The notes under the pieces are model-generated. The model did not search any database. It was not told the origin of the DNA and saw only the letters and a list, made by a program, of their open reading frames with translations. A program made the translations under genes and the position numbers. Shown here one piece after another: positions 60,913 through 64,000 of a stretch of DNA of 64,000 nt (the stretch's first letter is position 1; the number at the start of each line of letters is the position of its first letter). The stretch is from assembly GCA_964016885.1 (NCBI GenBank), contig OZ024742.1, forward strand, positions 339,946,001-340,010,000, written 5' to 3'. The stretch comes from Eledone cirrhosa. Its lineage: Eukaryota.

Positions 60913-61110
60913 ATAATGTCTAGTGTAAATAATTCGTAATTAACTGTTTCCGATCAATTTAATGTTTACATATGAACCTTTGTCACCTGTATTGAGACGT
61001 ACGTAGAAATTAATGAATGTATTTAAGTTGTTAACCTTGGTTTTTCACTCCTTTATATATATATATACATATATACATATATATACATATATACATTAGT
61101 ATTTACATAT

Positions 61111-61295
61111 ATAATTGTTTCTACTTTTTGGCACAAGGCCAGCAATTATCCAGTGTATTACTGGTACTTTATTGTATCGACCCCATAAGGATGAGAGGCA
61201 AAGTTAACCTCGGCGGAATTTGAACTCAGACCATAAAGGGCCGTAACTCTTTGCTGCAAAGTATTGCCTCTGACACTCTACCGATACTGCCAATC
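61111..61295 (-). mobile_element. tRNA-derived SINE, full length (further partial copies at 61965-62055 and 62721-62795)
   Basis: Reverse complement of family head and body. Confidence 0.88.
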
Positions 61296-61415
61296 GACAT
61301 AATGATATAATATATATATAAGTATGTATATATGTGTATATGCATTGCGAATGTGTGGGTATATGTTTGCGTAACTATATTCATACATACATATATATGT
61401 GTACATGTATGCGTG

Positions 61416-61614
<199 letters not shown>

Positions 61615-61639
61615 GTATATATATATGTATATATATATG

Positions 61640-61733
<94 letters not shown>

Positions 61734-61898
61734 TCTGAGAAATAATGAGAGAAAGAATATATAAGCACTGATAATTATACACACCAGTTCTATTCAGCTC
61801 ACTTTTACTTTCACATTTGTTCAGCTGTATATGTATAGAAACGGGTGTCATTGACGTTCACTCACTTAGCCCCCCCCCCTCTCTCTCTCTCTCTCTCT

Positions 61899-61936
<38 letters not shown>

Positions 61937-62238
61937 GGGATTTAACACTAAACCTATTCCCCCACCGAACCCTTGGCGGGATTTGAACTCGAAAAGTAAA
62001 GAGCCGTAACTCTATGCCGCTCTGCATGTTGTCTGAAGTTCTATCGATTCTGCTTACATCTAAATAATAATGAGAAAGTTCGTTATTAAATCACTCTATA
62101 GACTTGATTTCTTCCAAAATTATTTCAACATCATAGGCAGTTACAATACTTATTTTTGTATATAAAATTCTCCATCTTGATTATAAATAAGGATATTTAT
62201 TAAGTTATGCCCCAAACAGAAGCTCATAATGAGAAACT

Positions 62239-62638
62239 TACTGTTGGGTCCCAAATAACAGGGGTGGGGTGGGGGATAGCGGTGAGTGGGTGGAAAATTT
62301 GTAATTTTTCTAGGTTGTCTCCGTTGATTTAAAAAAAACAGAATTAGTCTTTTAGTTTACATACTAAGGCCCTCAACCCACCCTATTTATTTTATAACTG
62401 ATGGGATTTCTAGTAATGTTCTTTTTTTTGTCATGTATAATGTTTTTTAATGTCTAGAAAATTAATTGTCGCAGGAATGCTACCACTTAAAATAAAATTT
62501 CGCCAGAGATAGATTAGCAAAATTTAATAAGCTTGGGAGACGGGGAGGGTTGAAATAAGAGCGAAGTGTGTGTGGAAACATTGGAAAAATTAATAAGTAT
62601 GGTGGTGGGGCGAGGTCGGTTATTCGAGACCCGAGTGT
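62239..62638. mobile_element. Degenerate MITE-like element
   Basis: Imperfect TIRs TGGGTCCCAAATAAC / GTTATTCGAGACCCGA and internal AAAATT(T)AATAAG + G-rich subrepeats. Confidence 0.4.
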
Positions 62639-63356
62639 TGTATATTACGAAATACCTCGAAATTCTTGAATATTTAGAGAATTATTAGAATAATATAAGG
62701 CAGAGACTTTTATAAAACATATAATTGTTTCTACTTTTGGCACAAGGCCAGCAATTATCACAGTGTATTACTGGTACTTTATTTTATCGACCCTGTATAA
62801 GACATATAATAGTGATTGGTTTAATAATCGAAGGAACATAGAAGTTGTATTTGATGAGATTATACTTTATTTTAAAAGCAGTGGTTTTAAAGTGTGCTGC
62901 TGTTGTAGGTGTTGTTGTTGTTGTTGTTGTTGTAGGTGTTGTTGTTGTTGTTGCTGCTGTTGTTGTAGGTGTTGCTGTTGTTGTTGTTGTTGTTGTTATT
63001 GCTGCAGTTGCTGCTGTTGCTACGGCTGCATGTGGTATAAATTGTGATACATATAAATTAGTTGATAGCTCGATCAATATTTAACCAATTAAGAAGCTGT
63101 GCAGTCGGCATAACAACAGATACATGCTTATAGCTTTGAAGTTAGTCACCACTCCAATATTTAGCTTCTCAGTTATTTCCACATCAAATGTTCAAATCCC
63201 GTTTATGTTAACTTCACATTTCAGCAATCTGGGGGTATTGTTAATACACATCTGTCATACATATGTAGAAATATTTATATAAACGCGAGCACACTCACAA
63301 ACATACACACATATATGTATTTATATATGTATATATGTATATATTATGTATAAATA

Positions 63357-63707
<351 letters not shown>

Positions 63708-63896
63708 TATGTAATGTGTATATGTAATATATATAATAAATATATGTAATGTTTATATATATATGGACACGCACACACACATATATATATATATATGTGT
63801 GTGTATGTGTGTGTGCTTGTGTGTGTTTGTGTGTGTGTCCATATATTTATATAAACATTACAAGCCATAGCTTCGATTTTACTAAGCTTCCACTTG

Positions 63897-63972
<76 letters not shown>

Positions 63973-64000
63973 GATTAAACCACTATTACACTAGTTACAC

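Overview
Eukaryotic, repeat-saturated, non-genic (intergenic or intronic) DNA. The SINE families and the extreme (TA)n/(CA)n load point to a coleoid cephalopod, probably Octopus (recognition, not a database result). No host protein-coding gene is supportable, and almost all listed ORFs are microsatellite translation artefacts. Recognisable content: three 5'-truncated Tx1/L1-clade LINE copies sitting in TATC-type repeats, a decayed Tc1-like transposon with DD36E spacing, RTE LINE remnants (one 5'-inverted), a Penelope-like (PLE) GIY-YIG fragment with its hammerhead-bearing terminal repeat, many tRNA-derived SINEs, and three satellites (21/27 bp, 12 bp, and a 45-bp array made from a SINE head). 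The main unexplained signal is about 15-20 type I hammerhead ribozyme (HHR) motifs from at least eight sequence families. Most lie in short non-coding elements embedded in (TA)n as asymmetric head-to-head palindromes with reproducible endpoints. One is a 540-bp ORF-less, retrozyme-like partial tandem. All folds were paired by eye and coordinates are approximate to a few bases.
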